Positions 27,495-37,657 of a stretch of 50,474 nt of DNA are shown piece by piece. Each line of letters begins with the position of its first letter. Within the stretch, counting starts at the first letter, position 1. This DNA is from Candidatus Fermentibacter danicus (GTDB taxonomy: Bacteria > Fermentibacterota > Fermentibacteria > Fermentibacterales > Fermentibacteraceae), in contig LKHB01000226.1 of assembly GCA_001618615.1 (NCBI GenBank), forward strand, positions 15,819 through 66,292, in the 5' to 3' direction. The notes under the pieces were generated by a model. It saw only the letters and a program-made list of their open reading frames with translations. It made no database searches and was not told the DNA's origin. The translations under genes were made by a program, and so were the position numbers.

Positions 27495-29027
27495 CTACTT
27501 CAGATACTCAGGGGTTATCTCCTCGTGTGAATCCAGGGAATAGACCCTGAACTCGTCCACTCGGAGCCTCTGGTCCTCATGGAGCGCGATGTTGAGCCTC
27601 ACCTTCGACGTGAGGTATTCGAACCGCCTGCCTTCCTCCTCCATGAAGTAGCCGGCCAGATCCGGATGCACCGAAACGACGAGATTCCTGTGGACCTTCT
27701 TTACGGAGACTCTTCCCAGGAGACGCTCCAGCCTGATCGACGAGGAGAGCGGCGAGAGCACCCTGCCGCTTCCGCCGCAACGGCTGCACGGCTCCGAGAG
27801 TGACTGGGCGAGGCTGGGTCTTACGCGCTTCCTCGTCATCTCAACCAGCCCGAGGGAGCTTATCTGGCATGTCTTGGTGGGCGACCTGTCACGCCCGAGT
27901 TCGCTCCGGAGGCAGTTCAGAACCTTCTCTCTGTGGTCCTCGGTGTCCATGTCGATGAAATCGATGACGATGATCCCGCCGATGTCCCTCAGGCGGAGCT
28001 GCCTCGCCACCTCCCTGGCGGCCTCCAGGTTGGTCTTCAGGATGGTGTTCTCCTGGCTCTTCCTGCCGACGTAGCGCCTGGTGTTGACGTCGACGGCGAC
28101 CAGAGCCTCGGTCTGGTCGATCACCAGGGCGCCGCCCGACTTGAGCGGAACCTCCCTGTCGGTGATGCCGATCATCTCCTGCTCGACCCCGTAGTGCTCG
28201 AAGATCGGGGTGCGGCCCCTGAAGAGCTTGATCCTGCCGGCAAGCTCGGGAGAGAGCTTCTTCAGATATCCCCTGGCGGCGTTGTAGATGTCCTTCGAAT
28301 CGGTGACGAAAAGAGTCATGTCGGTGGAGACCAGATCCCTGATCGTCATCGTCACGACGTCGTGCTCCTGATGCAGCAGCATGGGGGCGCGGGACTTCAG
28401 CGAGAGGGCCCCGATCTCCTTCCAGCGCTCTATGATCCTTTCGATGTCGGCCTTGAACGCCTCCTCGCTCTGGTCGGAGCCGGCAGTCCTCGCGATTATG
28501 CCGAATCCCTCGCTGCTGACCTTGGTCACTATGTCCCTGAGCCGCGAACGCTCCCTGCGATCCCCGATCTTCCGGGATACGCCGGCCACTGGATCGCCGG
28601 GCATGCTGACCACATACCTCCCGGCGATGGAGATCCTGCTGCTCACGCGGGCGCCCTTCGTGCCGATCGGCTCCTTGGTGACCTGTACGAGAATCTCCTG
28701 GCCGCGTTTAAGGAGTTCCTCGATGGGCCTGCCGGATTCCTCCCCGGTAAGGGGCTTCTCTTCCACGAGCGACTGGGAGAGGGCTCGCGCATCCATAACG
28801 CCCGCACGGACGTCCGAGACGTGGAGGAAGGCGCTCCTCTCGAGGCCGATGTCGACGAAGGCGGCCTGCATGCCCGGCAGGACGGCGTTCACCCGGCCCA
28901 GGTAGATGTTGCCGACAATCCGCCTCTCGTCCGACTTCTCGACGATCAGCTCCATCAGGCGGCCGTCCTCGAGAATGGCGATCCTCGTCACGTCGGGATG
29001 AGCGTTGACGATGAACTCGATCTTCAA
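27495..29027 (-). CDS. rng: Ribonuclease G/E family
   Basis: GNIYLGRV..VLPGMQAAFVDIG, VQVTKEPIGTKGAR, DVNT, RLRDIGGIIVIDFIDM, CSRCGG. Confidence 0.94.
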   Translation of the reverse strand: MKIEFIVNAHPDVTRIAILEDGRLMELIVEKSDERRIVGNIYLGRVNAVLPGMQAAFVDIGLERSAFLHVSDVRAGVMDARALSQSLVEEKPLTGEESGRPIEELLKRGQEILVQVTKEPIGTKGARVSSRISIAGRYVVSMPGDPVAGVSRKIGDRRERSRLRDIVTKVSSEGFGIIARTAGSDQSEEAFKADIERIIERWKEIGALSLKSRAPMLLHQEHDVVTMTIRDLVSTDMTLFVTDSKDIYNAARGYLKKLSPELAGRIKLFRGRTPIFEHYGVEQEMIGITDREVPLKSGGALVIDQTEALVAVDVNTRRYVGRKSQENTILKTNLEAAREVARQLRLRDIGGIIVIDFIDMDTEDHREKVLNCLRSELGRDRSPTKTCQISSLGLVEMTRKRVRPSLAQSLSEPCSRCGGSGRVLSPLSSSIRLERLLGRVSVKKVHRNLVVSVHPDLAGYFMEEEGRRFEYLTSKVRLNIALHEDQRLRVDEFRVYSLDSHEEITPEYLK

Positions 29028-31441
29028 AACAGATCAACTCCTTCATGCATGCTCAGGAGCGGAACGGGACATCCGTCCCTCTCGCCGAGGATCTCGACCC
29101 TCTTCACAAGAACAGGGCCTCCTCGCGCAGATGTCATCGCGGCCAGCAACCTGTCCGGCCTCGATGCCGGCTCGCCGAGCACCGCTGTAATCCTGATCCC
29201 GTCATTCCCGTCCGGCTCCATCGCAAGCAGCCCTCCGGCTCCCTCCAGAAGCCCGGCCGCATCCGGCGCCGAAACGAGATCTGAAATCCTGTAGACTGCA
29301 ATTCCGGCCTCCCCCTCCGGGGAGGGTATCCGTCCATCCATGAGCCTCGCCCCTGTAACGAAGAAGCCCTCCGGCAGAGGAAGACCGCGATCGAGGGGGA
29401 GATCAGTCGAAGAACTCTCGCAAAGCAATATGTCAATATACTCTCCCGTGCTCTCGAAGCCGAGAGGAAGCGCGGGGCCGAACCTGAGCCGGGGCCTCGT
29501 GACATGCCCGGCGGAGAGGGCGACCGGCAGGCCGGAGCGCCTCGCCGTCCGCATCCAGAGCCTCGTGAGATCGAGCTGGGAGGTGAAGCAGGAGAGGCCG
29601 CGACGCCCGAACCTTATCCTCAGTGTCGCCGCTACGGGCCGCTGCGCCTTCGAAGGCAGGCCCGACGACGACCGGACGGAGGGGGCACGATCCGCCGACT
29701 CCGGCCGGAGGGCGGGCACGGCGATCCCGTCGCAGGCTCCGCACCCGTTGCACCCTGACTCCCTGCAGTCCGGGGTGGCTTCACCCCGGAGGAACCTTGC
29801 GTACTCCTCCCTCAGGAATCCGACCGAGGAGCCCGCTTCGACGAAGGACCACTCCGGGTCCGAGGAAGGATCGAGGCCGGAGGAGAGCCTTTCGAGCAGG
29901 GCGGGGTGCTCTTCCGCGCAATCCTTCCAGATGTCGCGCCTGAAGTGCTCCTTCCATCCCTCGAAGCCTGCGCCGTGCGCAACCGCCTCTTCTATCAGAC
30001 AGGGCGTCTCCGTCCCGTCCCCGAGGCCCATCAGCCCTTCCAGTGCGGCTGCATCGGGATCGTTGCATCCGACCGTGAAGCGCCTCGCCATGGAGCGGAC
30101 GAGTGCGATCCTCCTCCGCAGCTCCTGCGGCGGATGCTGCCCGCACCACTGGAGAGGGGTGTGGGGCTTCGGCACGAAGGGCGAGATCGAAATGGATACG
30201 GAACCGCTCCTGCCCGCGCGGGAGGCCGCCCGGGCGGCTTCCGAGGAGAGGTCGGCGATGGCTCTGAGATCGTCGTCCGTCTCGCCGGGCAGCCCGGCCA
30301 TGAAATACAGCTTCACGCCCGTCGCCCCGAGCCTGAAGGCGGCGTTCACCGCCTCGATGACCTGAGCGTCGCCGAGATCCTTGTTGAGCCGCCTTCTGAA
30401 GGTTTCCGAACCGGCTTCGGGCGCCAGTGTCACCCTGCCGGTGATGCCGGAACCGCCGGCGAGACGGACGAACGTATCCGGCCTCAGCGACGGCCTGGAT
30501 ATGTTGACCGCGAGTTCCTTCTCCAGGCCGTCCACCGCCGCGAGAAGGGCCGGCAGATCGGTGAAGTCGGAGAAGGAGAGAGTCAGAAGGCCGGCGTCCT
30601 CCCAGCCCGTGGAAGCTATGGAGCGCCTCGCTATGGACTCGATGTCCGCGACGCTGCGCTCCCTGACCGGCCTCGCGAGCTGCGTGGCCTGGCAGAAGCG
30701 ACACCCGCGCGTGCAGCCGCGGGCGATTTCTACGACGGCCCTGTCATGCACGATCCTGGCGGTAGGAACCACCTGGTTTACGGGCGCGTCCGCCGGGTCC
30801 AGCCTGACGGCCCTCTGCCACCTGACCCGCCTGCGGCCCATTGAAGGCACCCAGACGCCTTCCTGCGCCGCACTCCGCGCAAGCCTGTCCGTCCGCGAGC
30901 CTCCGCCGGTGAGTTCGTCCATTAGCGCCACGGCTCCCGTTTCGGCGTCGCCCAGATAGAAGGCGTCGATGAAGGGGGAGAGAGGGAGAGGGTTCGACAG
31001 GCCTCCCCCGCCGGCGACCACGATGGGGTGGCTGTCATCCCTGTCGGCCGACCGGAGCGGAATACCGGCGAGTCCGAGAAGCATGACCAGGTTCGGGAAG
31101 AGGATTTCGCAGGGTATTCCGAAGGCGAGCAAATCGCAGTCGGAGGCTTCGACCGGGTCGTCCAGGGTCATCCAGGGGAGATTCCGCGACCTGATGAGCG
31201 AGAGCATGTCCGGCGCCGGGCAGAACGCCCTCCTCACGTGGAACCGGCCGGTTGCGAGCAGGATGTGGCGGACGACAGCCAGACCGAAGTTGGACATGCC
31301 CAGCTCGTAGGTGTCCGGATAGACGAGGGTCACCGACGGCCGGCCCGCGGGCCCCGTTTCAGAGTTCCACTCGCGCCCCGTGTACTGCTGAGGCGACTGG
31401 ACCAGGTGGAGGATTCCCTCCCAGGGGTGTTCAGACCCCAC
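29024..31441 (-). CDS. TIGR03960-type B12-binding radical SAM protein fused to a DUF2344 domain
   Basis: YPDTYELGMSN, EIARGCTRGCRFCQA, APEAGS, FVPKPHTP; C-terminal SQLDL.R...FGPALPLG.ES.GEY. Confidence 0.88.
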   Translation of the reverse strand: MGSEHPWEGILHLVQSPQQYTGREWNSETGPAGRPSVTLVYPDTYELGMSNFGLAVVRHILLATGRFHVRRAFCPAPDMLSLIRSRNLPWMTLDDPVEASDCDLLAFGIPCEILFPNLVMLLGLAGIPLRSADRDDSHPIVVAGGGGLSNPLPLSPFIDAFYLGDAETGAVALMDELTGGGSRTDRLARSAAQEGVWVPSMGRRRVRWQRAVRLDPADAPVNQVVPTARIVHDRAVVEIARGCTRGCRFCQATQLARPVRERSVADIESIARRSIASTGWEDAGLLTLSFSDFTDLPALLAAVDGLEKELAVNISRPSLRPDTFVRLAGGSGITGRVTLAPEAGSETFRRRLNKDLGDAQVIEAVNAAFRLGATGVKLYFMAGLPGETDDDLRAIADLSSEAARAASRAGRSGSVSISISPFVPKPHTPLQWCGQHPPQELRRRIALVRSMARRFTVGCNDPDAAALEGLMGLGDGTETPCLIEEAVAHGAGFEGWKEHFRRDIWKDCAEEHPALLERLSSGLDPSSDPEWSFVEAGSSVGFLREEYARFLRGEATPDCRESGCNGCGACDGIAVPALRPESADRAPSVRSSSGLPSKAQRPVAATLRIRFGRRGLSCFTSQLDLTRLWMRTARRSGLPVALSAGHVTRPRLRFGPALPLGFESTGEYIDILLCESSSTDLPLDRGLPLPEGFFVTGARLMDGRIPSPEGEAGIAVYRISDLVSAPDAAGLLEGAGGLLAMEPDGNDGIRITAVLGEPASRPDRLLAAMTSARGGPVLVKRVEILGERDGCPVPLLSMHEGVDLF

Positions 31442-31970
31442 TTACCGTGTCGCTCCCGGAAGACCCGTCCATCAGCACGATTGAAGCGGCCTGCGACACC
31501 GGATTTGCCAGAAGGCCGCGGGTCCTGCCGACTGCGACGGCCGTCTCGCCGGCCATCCTTTCGGCGTCCGCGGCCGAGGTTCCGGGCGGGTAGCCCAGCA
31601 TCCAGAGGACCGACAGCTTCACGGACGAGATTCCGGTTCCCGCCTTCCGAAGGAGCGAGGTCCAGCCTTCGGAAGCTCCGCTGGAGTTGTCGACGACCCG
31701 CACCCCGGCCCAGACGAGCCCGTCTCCGGCGACGGGCGGCAGTTCCGCATCGAGGAAGGCCCCGCGCTGCTTGTTGGGATTGAGGATGTCGGGGTAGCGA
31801 TCCACTGTCCGTACTATGGAATCGCGGTCGCATTCGGCTTCGAACTCCCACACTTCATATCTGAGTATCCGTACCGGAGCGGACCCGGGCATGAATCCTG
31901 CGAGAGCGCCCAGGGCAGTGATGGCGGCCGGATCGGGGGACTTCAGGGTGACGGCGAGGACGTGTCTCAT
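31431..31970 (-). CDS. purS: Double-length PurS-like subunit of FGAM synthase
   Basis: Follows purL-purQ; 179 aa with two PurS-like halves (DP..A..L / ILNPN and LLANPV). Confidence 0.62.
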   Translation of the reverse strand: MRHVLAVTLKSPDPAAITALGALAGFMPGSAPVRILRYEVWEFEAECDRDSIVRTVDRYPDILNPNKQRGAFLDAELPPVAGDGLVWAGVRVVDNSSGASEGWTSLLRKAGTGISSVKLSVLWMLGYPPGTSAADAERMAGETAVAVGRTRGLLANPVSQAASIVLMDGSSGSDTVSGV

Positions 31971-32794
31971 CTGGAAACCCCCAGGAATGCCGCCAGACTC
32001 TCGAAGAAGACCCTTCCGGGACCGGGGTTCCCGCGGAGTTCCTCCCTGCCCGCCGCCCGCCTGGCGTCACCCCACGGGCCCGGGAGGGCGGGGGGAACCT
32101 GCCACAGGTTGAATGCCCTCTCGGGGTGAGGCATCATCGCCAGGACGTTGCCGGCCGGATTCAGAAGCCCTGCGAGAGCCCCGAAGGAGCCGTTCGGGTT
32201 GTCCGGGTACCCGGTCGCCTCGGCACCGGAGGAGTCGGCATAGACGAGGCCTGTCGCCAGGGATTCGTCGAGCCTCGCCCGGTCGACATCCGGAGAGAAC
32301 ATGAATCTGCCTTCGGCATGGGCTATGGGCAGCGGTATCGCCGCGGAGGACGCCAGACCGAGCCAGGGGGAGCGGGAGGCGGAGGGGCCCGGGACGACGT
32401 TGATCCAGGCCGAGAGATAGCCGGTCCTGCCCTCGATGTGGTTGGAGGCGAGCGCCGCCTCGACGCGGCCGCACTCCCATCCCGGGACGAGGCCGCATTC
32501 GACCAGTATCTGCGCTCCGTTGCAGATGCCGAGCACCGGCTTTCCGGCACACGCCGCCTCGAACACGGAGTCCGTCACCCTCTCCTTGGCCGCCACGGCG
32601 CCCGCGCGTATCCTGTCCTGGAAGGAGAAACCACCGGGAAGGACGAAGGCGTCACAGGATTCGAGCTCGGAGGCCGGAGTGTTCCAGCGGCGGACATAGC
32701 CTTCCAGCCCTGCGTCACTGAGGCAGCGCGCGGTCTCGTATTCGCAGTTCGATCCGGGGAACTGTATTACGGCTATCCTCGGACGGGCGCTCAT
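31967..32794 (-). CDS. purQ: FGAM synthase glutaminase subunit
   Basis: FPGSNCE, PGGFSF.D, GICNGAQIL, AHAEG, NPNGS, MMPHPER; ATG at 32794. Confidence 0.95.
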   Translation of the reverse strand: MSARPRIAVIQFPGSNCEYETARCLSDAGLEGYVRRWNTPASELESCDAFVLPGGFSFQDRIRAGAVAAKERVTDSVFEAACAGKPVLGICNGAQILVECGLVPGWECGRVEAALASNHIEGRTGYLSAWINVVPGPSASRSPWLGLASSAAIPLPIAHAEGRFMFSPDVDRARLDESLATGLVYADSSGAEATGYPDNPNGSFGALAGLLNPAGNVLAMMPHPERAFNLWQVPPALPGPWGDARRAAGREELRGNPGPGRVFFESLAAFLGVSR

Positions 32795-35058
32795 TCCTCC
32801 CTCCAGACCATGGCGGCAAGCCTGTCGCGCCACTGTTCGCAGAGTTCCCGGAGGTTCAGCTCCCAGCCGTTCCCGGAGATCGAAAACGCGGGGACGACCT
32901 CGCCTATCACCCTCACGGGGGCGGCGAGCCCGGCCAGGGCGGGAAGATCGTCCGGTCCGACCTCGAGGAGATAACCCGGGGTCTCGGAGTAGAGAAGGAC
33001 GGGGTCGCACGCGATGTCCAGCCTCACGCCGAGCCCGTTGTGGGGGCCGGATGCGAAGGCCATCTCCATGGCGGCGAAGGCCAGGCCGCCTTCGGATATG
33101 TCGTGCGAGGCCCTCACGATATCCCTCCCGATCCAGTCCAGAACCAGGCGGGCCATCGCGAGTTCCTCTCCGCCCCTGAACGAGGGGACGGCGCCTCCCC
33201 TGTGCCCGAGGCATTCGCGGTAGTAGAGCCCTCCGCCGAGTTCGTCCCTGCGTTCGCCGACGAGGACGATCAGGTCGCCGGCCCGTTTGAGGGAGATGTC
33301 GCGGGCCCTGGTGAAGTCGTCGAGCCTTCCGAAGACTGCGACGATAGGGGATGGCGGGATCGCCGCCCCGTCACGGCTCTGGTTGTAGAAGCTGACGTTG
33401 CCTGAGACGATCGGGAGAGCTTCGCCCCCCGCCAGGGCGAGAGCCCGGCAGGCGTCGGCTATCCCCTCCACCCCGCGGCTGAACTGCCAGAAGACCTCCG
33501 GATTCTCGGGGCTGCCGTAGTTCAGACAGTCCGTCGCACACAGCGGTACCGCGCCGGTGGCCACCACGTTCCTGAACGCCTCGGCCACCGCGTGCGCCCC
33601 GCCGAGGTACGGATCCAGCTCGCCGTAGAACGGATTGCCGTCTCCGCTGACGGCGAGCCCGGCGGAACAGCCCGGGATGGGAACGACCACTACGGAATCG
33701 GCCTCTCCGGGCCTCAGGTGGGTCGCCGCCTGGACTTCGCTGTCGTAGAAGGAGTACAGCGGCGAGCGTGACACCCCGGAAGGAGATAGGGCCATACTGG
33801 ACAGATCGGAGGGCGGATCGACCGGCCTGGACGACGGCTCGGAGACGTCCGACTCGATCGGGCAGGCCTCCCGGTCGTGCCGGATGCCCTCGGTGATCGC
33901 CTCGACAGGGGCGCAGGCCACTTCTCTGCCGCCGTGGAGAACGAGGTAGGTCCTGTCGCTCGTGAAGCGTCCGATTATGGACGCACCGGCTCCGGGATAC
34001 AGCCTGGGGAGTTCGAACTCCTCGTTGTAGATCTGCACGACCTCGTATGCGATGTCCTGAGGGACCGCCAGCCCGAACCTCTCCTGCGTCTCGGCGCAGG
34101 CGACGACCTCCGGCGGCAAGTCCGGTACGGAGACGGGAACCTTGTCGAGCCACAGCTCTATGCCCATTCCGCCGTGCGAGGCCATCTCGCTGCTCACACA
34201 GGCGATACCGCCGGCGCCGAGATCCTTGAAACCGAAATCGACGCCTCTCTCGAACAGCATGTCGAGCACCCTGGCATTCGCCTCGGCGACGACCCGCTTC
34301 AGGAACGGGTCAGCGACCTGAACGGCTCCCATCCCCAGATCCGAATCGAGATCGGCGGACGCGAAGGTGGCTCCACCGAATCCCGTGGCGTCCGTGGGCT
34401 TCCCTACCAGGACGAGCACGTAGGGAGTGCCCCGGGCGGCGCCGGGAACGAAGCTGTGGATGATCCTGTCGTGACGGACGAGCCCTACGGACACGACGTT
34501 CACGAGGCAGTTCGATTCGTATCCCTCATGGAAGACGGTATCCCCGCCCAGGTTCGGAACGCCGAGAGCGTTGCCGTACTGCCATACTCCCTGCACCACA
34601 CCCCGGGCCACCGCCCTCGAGGACGAGGAGGCGGGGGGGCCGAACCGGAGTAGGTCCATGACGCCTATGACCCTTGCTCCCATGCAGTAGACGTCTCTGA
34701 CGATGCCCCCGACCCCCGTCGCCGCGCCCTCCACCGGCAGTACCTGGGACGGGTGGTTGTGGCTCTCGTGGGCCACCACGATGTCCCAGAGGTGCCCTCC
34801 GTGCTCTGCGAACTCCACGATCCCGGCATCCTCGCCGGGGCCGAGGACGACCTGCGGGGCGGACACGGGAAGAGTCTTCAGCAGCTTCCTGGAACTCTTG
34901 TAGGAGCAGTGCTCGCTCCACATGGTGTCGAAGAGGTGCAGTTCGAGCGGAGTGGGCATCCTGCCCACGAAGGAGGCGACCTTCACGGCCTCCTCGAGAG
35001 TCATGGAGAGCCCCCTCGACTGCAGTACCTCCGCTAGCTCGGCCGAGATGTCCTGCAT
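32791..35058 (-). CDS. purL: FGAM synthase subunit PurL (small form)
   Basis: MWSEHCSYKSS, ESHNHPS, GAATGVGGIVRD, DLGAGG, ETQER, SGNVSFYN, HDISEGG. Confidence 0.96.
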   Translation of the reverse strand: MQDISAELAEVLQSRGLSMTLEEAVKVASFVGRMPTPLELHLFDTMWSEHCSYKSSRKLLKTLPVSAPQVVLGPGEDAGIVEFAEHGGHLWDIVVAHESHNHPSQVLPVEGAATGVGGIVRDVYCMGARVIGVMDLLRFGPPASSSSRAVARGVVQGVWQYGNALGVPNLGGDTVFHEGYESNCLVNVVSVGLVRHDRIIHSFVPGAARGTPYVLVLVGKPTDATGFGGATFASADLDSDLGMGAVQVADPFLKRVVAEANARVLDMLFERGVDFGFKDLGAGGIACVSSEMASHGGMGIELWLDKVPVSVPDLPPEVVACAETQERFGLAVPQDIAYEVVQIYNEEFELPRLYPGAGASIIGRFTSDRTYLVLHGGREVACAPVEAITEGIRHDREACPIESDVSEPSSRPVDPPSDLSSMALSPSGVSRSPLYSFYDSEVQAATHLRPGEADSVVVVPIPGCSAGLAVSGDGNPFYGELDPYLGGAHAVAEAFRNVVATGAVPLCATDCLNYGSPENPEVFWQFSRGVEGIADACRALALAGGEALPIVSGNVSFYNQSRDGAAIPPSPIVAVFGRLDDFTRARDISLKRAGDLIVLVGERRDELGGGLYYRECLGHRGGAVPSFRGGEELAMARLVLDWIGRDIVRASHDISEGGLAFAAMEMAFASGPHNGLGVRLDIACDPVLLYSETPGYLLEVGPDDLPALAGLAAPVRVIGEVVPAFSISGNGWELNLRELCEQWRDRLAAMVWREE

Positions 35059-35070
35059 ATCACCTTCCGG

Positions 35071-36225
35071 TCAGGCGTGGTATTCCTGGAAAACGGCGGA
35101 GTCCAGCATGGAGAGGGCAGTCTCGACCGACAGATCGTCCGACGGCTGACATGTCCAGCTCCTCATCCGTACCGAGTCGATGCGGTCGCCTTCCTCGTTG
35201 CTGGTTCCGGGGATCTCCCGTGCAAGCCTGCTCATGACGATTTCCAGGCCCTCCTCGCCCGTTCCGGGCAGGAGGAGAAGGATGGAATCCCGCGATATCC
35301 TTATCCCGGTGTCGATGTTGCGCATCGCCGCCTTCAGATGGTTGGCGCACATGCGCATGACCTCCCGCGCCAGAAGGCGGTCGGGCAGCGAGCCCTGCGG
35401 GATCTGGAGCTCTATCAGGGACAGCGGGCTCGAGAAACGCCTCACCCTTTCGAGTTCCGAATCCATCCGGGTGCTGAGCTGGTTCCGCCCGGGGAGAGCG
35501 GTATCAGGATCGAGGTCCGCGGCTATTTCGAAGCGTTCGAGCAGACGGATGTTCTCGTTGGCTGCGGCTCCGATGGCGGCGATGGCCCGGACGCGCTCCC
35601 TCACGAGCGTTGCCGTCGGGGGGATCGAATTGAGGCAGAGCACGCCGAAGAGGACGCCCTGGCTCATCATAGGCGCCGCGAAATCGGGCACGTATCCCGG
35701 TATCGCCGAGGACTCGATCTGTTTCTTCACGAGGACGGACTCCCTGCGGAACTCCTCGGCCGAGAATATCCTCCCCGTCTCGGCCACGAAGCCTACGTGA
35801 CCCTCGCCGACACCGAAGGCGAGATGGGTCCGGAGCCGGTCCGACAGCCCCTCCTGGAAGTCGAGGCTCAGTCTCCTGCCGGTCCTGTCGGCAAGGAAGA
35901 TCGCAATCCCGGCGGCGCCGGTCATGTGCTTGACGGCCCTCGCCATGAATTCCGCCAGCTCCTCCGCCTTGCGGGCGGAGAATATCTGTTTCACGAACTC
36001 GGGCAGGAGGATGGCCAGATCCCTGTGCTGCTGTATCTCCCTGGCCTGGCCGGCGTTCTTCTCGGAATCCTCCCTGAGTTCCCTGCGCAGGTTCTCTATC
36101 TCCTTCATGCAGAGATTGTTGCGCTCTTCCAGAAGCTTCCGCCTGGATCCGGCAAGGAGTATGAAGTGAAGAAAGACAGCGGCTGCCAGGACGAATCCTG
36201 CAATTGCGCCAACTACATATTCCAA
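35071..36225 (-). CDS. Membrane-anchored GAF plus degenerate GGDEF-like protein
   Basis: TM, coiled coil, GAF (GEGHVGFVAETG...APM..QG.LFGVL), then DPDTALPGR...ELERVRR...PLSL, with ISRDS at the GGDEF position. Confidence 0.7.
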   Translation of the reverse strand: MEYVVGAIAGFVLAAAVFLHFILLAGSRRKLLEERNNLCMKEIENLRRELREDSEKNAGQAREIQQHRDLAILLPEFVKQIFSARKAEELAEFMARAVKHMTGAAGIAIFLADRTGRRLSLDFQEGLSDRLRTHLAFGVGEGHVGFVAETGRIFSAEEFRRESVLVKKQIESSAIPGYVPDFAAPMMSQGVLFGVLCLNSIPPTATLVRERVRAIAAIGAAANENIRLLERFEIAADLDPDTALPGRNQLSTRMDSELERVRRFSSPLSLIELQIPQGSLPDRLLAREVMRMCANHLKAAMRNIDTGIRISRDSILLLLPGTGEEGLEIVMSRLAREIPGTSNEEGDRIDSVRMRSWTCQPSDDLSVETALSMLDSAVFQEYHA

Positions 36226-36312
36226 TCCGGCACCTCCCTCCCGGAGGAAGACGGTTGCGACATCATGCGGCTGGATAATATCGGCGGTGCGGTCCGTCCC
36301 GCCAACACGCCG

Positions 36313-37614
36313 TCACCGGCGTTCCGGCAGCACTCTGCGGAGCATTTCGTCCTCGTGGCGTATGTGGCGCTCCAGGCTGCAGAGGTCGGCCAGCGCCGCT
36401 GGATCGAGCACGGAGGATATGTCGTCCTCCAGCGCGGCTTCGCGGAGGAAGCTCCCCCCGCTCTCCTGGGCGCGCATGGAGGCCCGCTGCACGGCTGCAT
36501 AAGCCCTCTCGCGGGTATAGCCGCGGTCGATCAGGGCCAGCAGCACGGCCTGCGAGGCGTAGCGGTCCCCTCCCAGGGCGAGATTGCGCGAAACCGCCGT
36601 GGGGAAGATGCGCAGCCCCGAGGCGAGATCGGCGGCGCGCCCCAGAGCGTACAGGGCCACGCCGCAGGCGTCCGGCAGTATGAACCTCTCGGCGGACGAA
36701 TGGCTGATGTCCCTCTCGTGCCAGAGCGCCGAGTTCTCGAGGCCGGTCTGAAGATATCCGCGGAGGAGTCTGGCGAAGCCGCAGAGCCTCTCGCTCTGTA
36801 CCGGATTCCTCTTGTGGGGCATTGCGCTCGAGCCCTTCTGACCGGACCCGAAGGATTCCTCCACCTCCCCGACCTCGGTTCTCTGGAGGTGTCTGACCTC
36901 CGTGGCGAACCTCTCCACGGCCGTGCCGATCGAGGCGAGCGAGAACAGGAAGGCGGCATGCCTGTCGCGGGCGACGACCTGTGTGGCGACGTCCTCACGT
37001 CGGAGGCCGAGCTTCGCCATGACGTACTCCTCGACGGACGGATCGAGATGGGCATAAGTGCCGACGGCGCCCGACAACTTGCCAACGCAGGCTTCGGCAG
37101 AAGCCTCCGAGAAGCGGCGCTCCACACGCCGGCACTCCGTCAGGAATCCTGCGAACTTCAGCGCGAGTGTCGTAGGTTCGGCATGCATCCCATGAGTCCG
37201 GCCGATGCAGGCGATACCCCTTGTCCTCTCGACGAGAGACTCCAGCGCTCTGCCATAGGCGGCTAAAGCATCCGATATGAGCTTCGACGAGTCTCTGATC
37301 TGCATGGCGAGAGCGGTATCCAGTATGTCGCTGGAGGTCATCCCGTAGTGGATGTGTCTGGATTCGGGGCCGAGCCCCTCGGAGACGCAGGTGAGGAATG
37401 CGACCACGTCATGCCTGGTCTCCAGTTCTATCTCGGCGATCCGTGCCGGATCGAACCTGGCCCCCGCCCGGATCAGATCGAGGTCGCCCTGCGGAACCTC
37501 CCCGGCTAGGACGCGGGCCTCGACCGCCAGTATCTCGATGGAAAGCCATCTGGAGAAGCGGGACTCGTCGGACCAGATCGCTGTCATCTCTGGAACGGAA
37601 TACCTGTCGATCAA
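36313..37614 (-). CDS. purB: Adenylosuccinate lyase
   Basis: MIDRY, TRHDV, GRTHG.HAEPTT, signature GSSAMPHKRNP, WHERDISHSSAER. Confidence 0.97.
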   Translation of the reverse strand: MIDRYSVPEMTAIWSDESRFSRWLSIEILAVEARVLAGEVPQGDLDLIRAGARFDPARIAEIELETRHDVVAFLTCVSEGLGPESRHIHYGMTSSDILDTALAMQIRDSSKLISDALAAYGRALESLVERTRGIACIGRTHGMHAEPTTLALKFAGFLTECRRVERRFSEASAEACVGKLSGAVGTYAHLDPSVEEYVMAKLGLRREDVATQVVARDRHAAFLFSLASIGTAVERFATEVRHLQRTEVGEVEESFGSGQKGSSAMPHKRNPVQSERLCGFARLLRGYLQTGLENSALWHERDISHSSAERFILPDACGVALYALGRAADLASGLRIFPTAVSRNLALGGDRYASQAVLLALIDRGYTRERAYAAVQRASMRAQESGGSFLREAALEDDISSVLDPAALADLCSLERHIRHEDEMLRRVLPERR

Positions 37615-37657
37615 GTCTTGACCTCCGGCTGTCGGGACGAATCGGGCCTGAACACGA

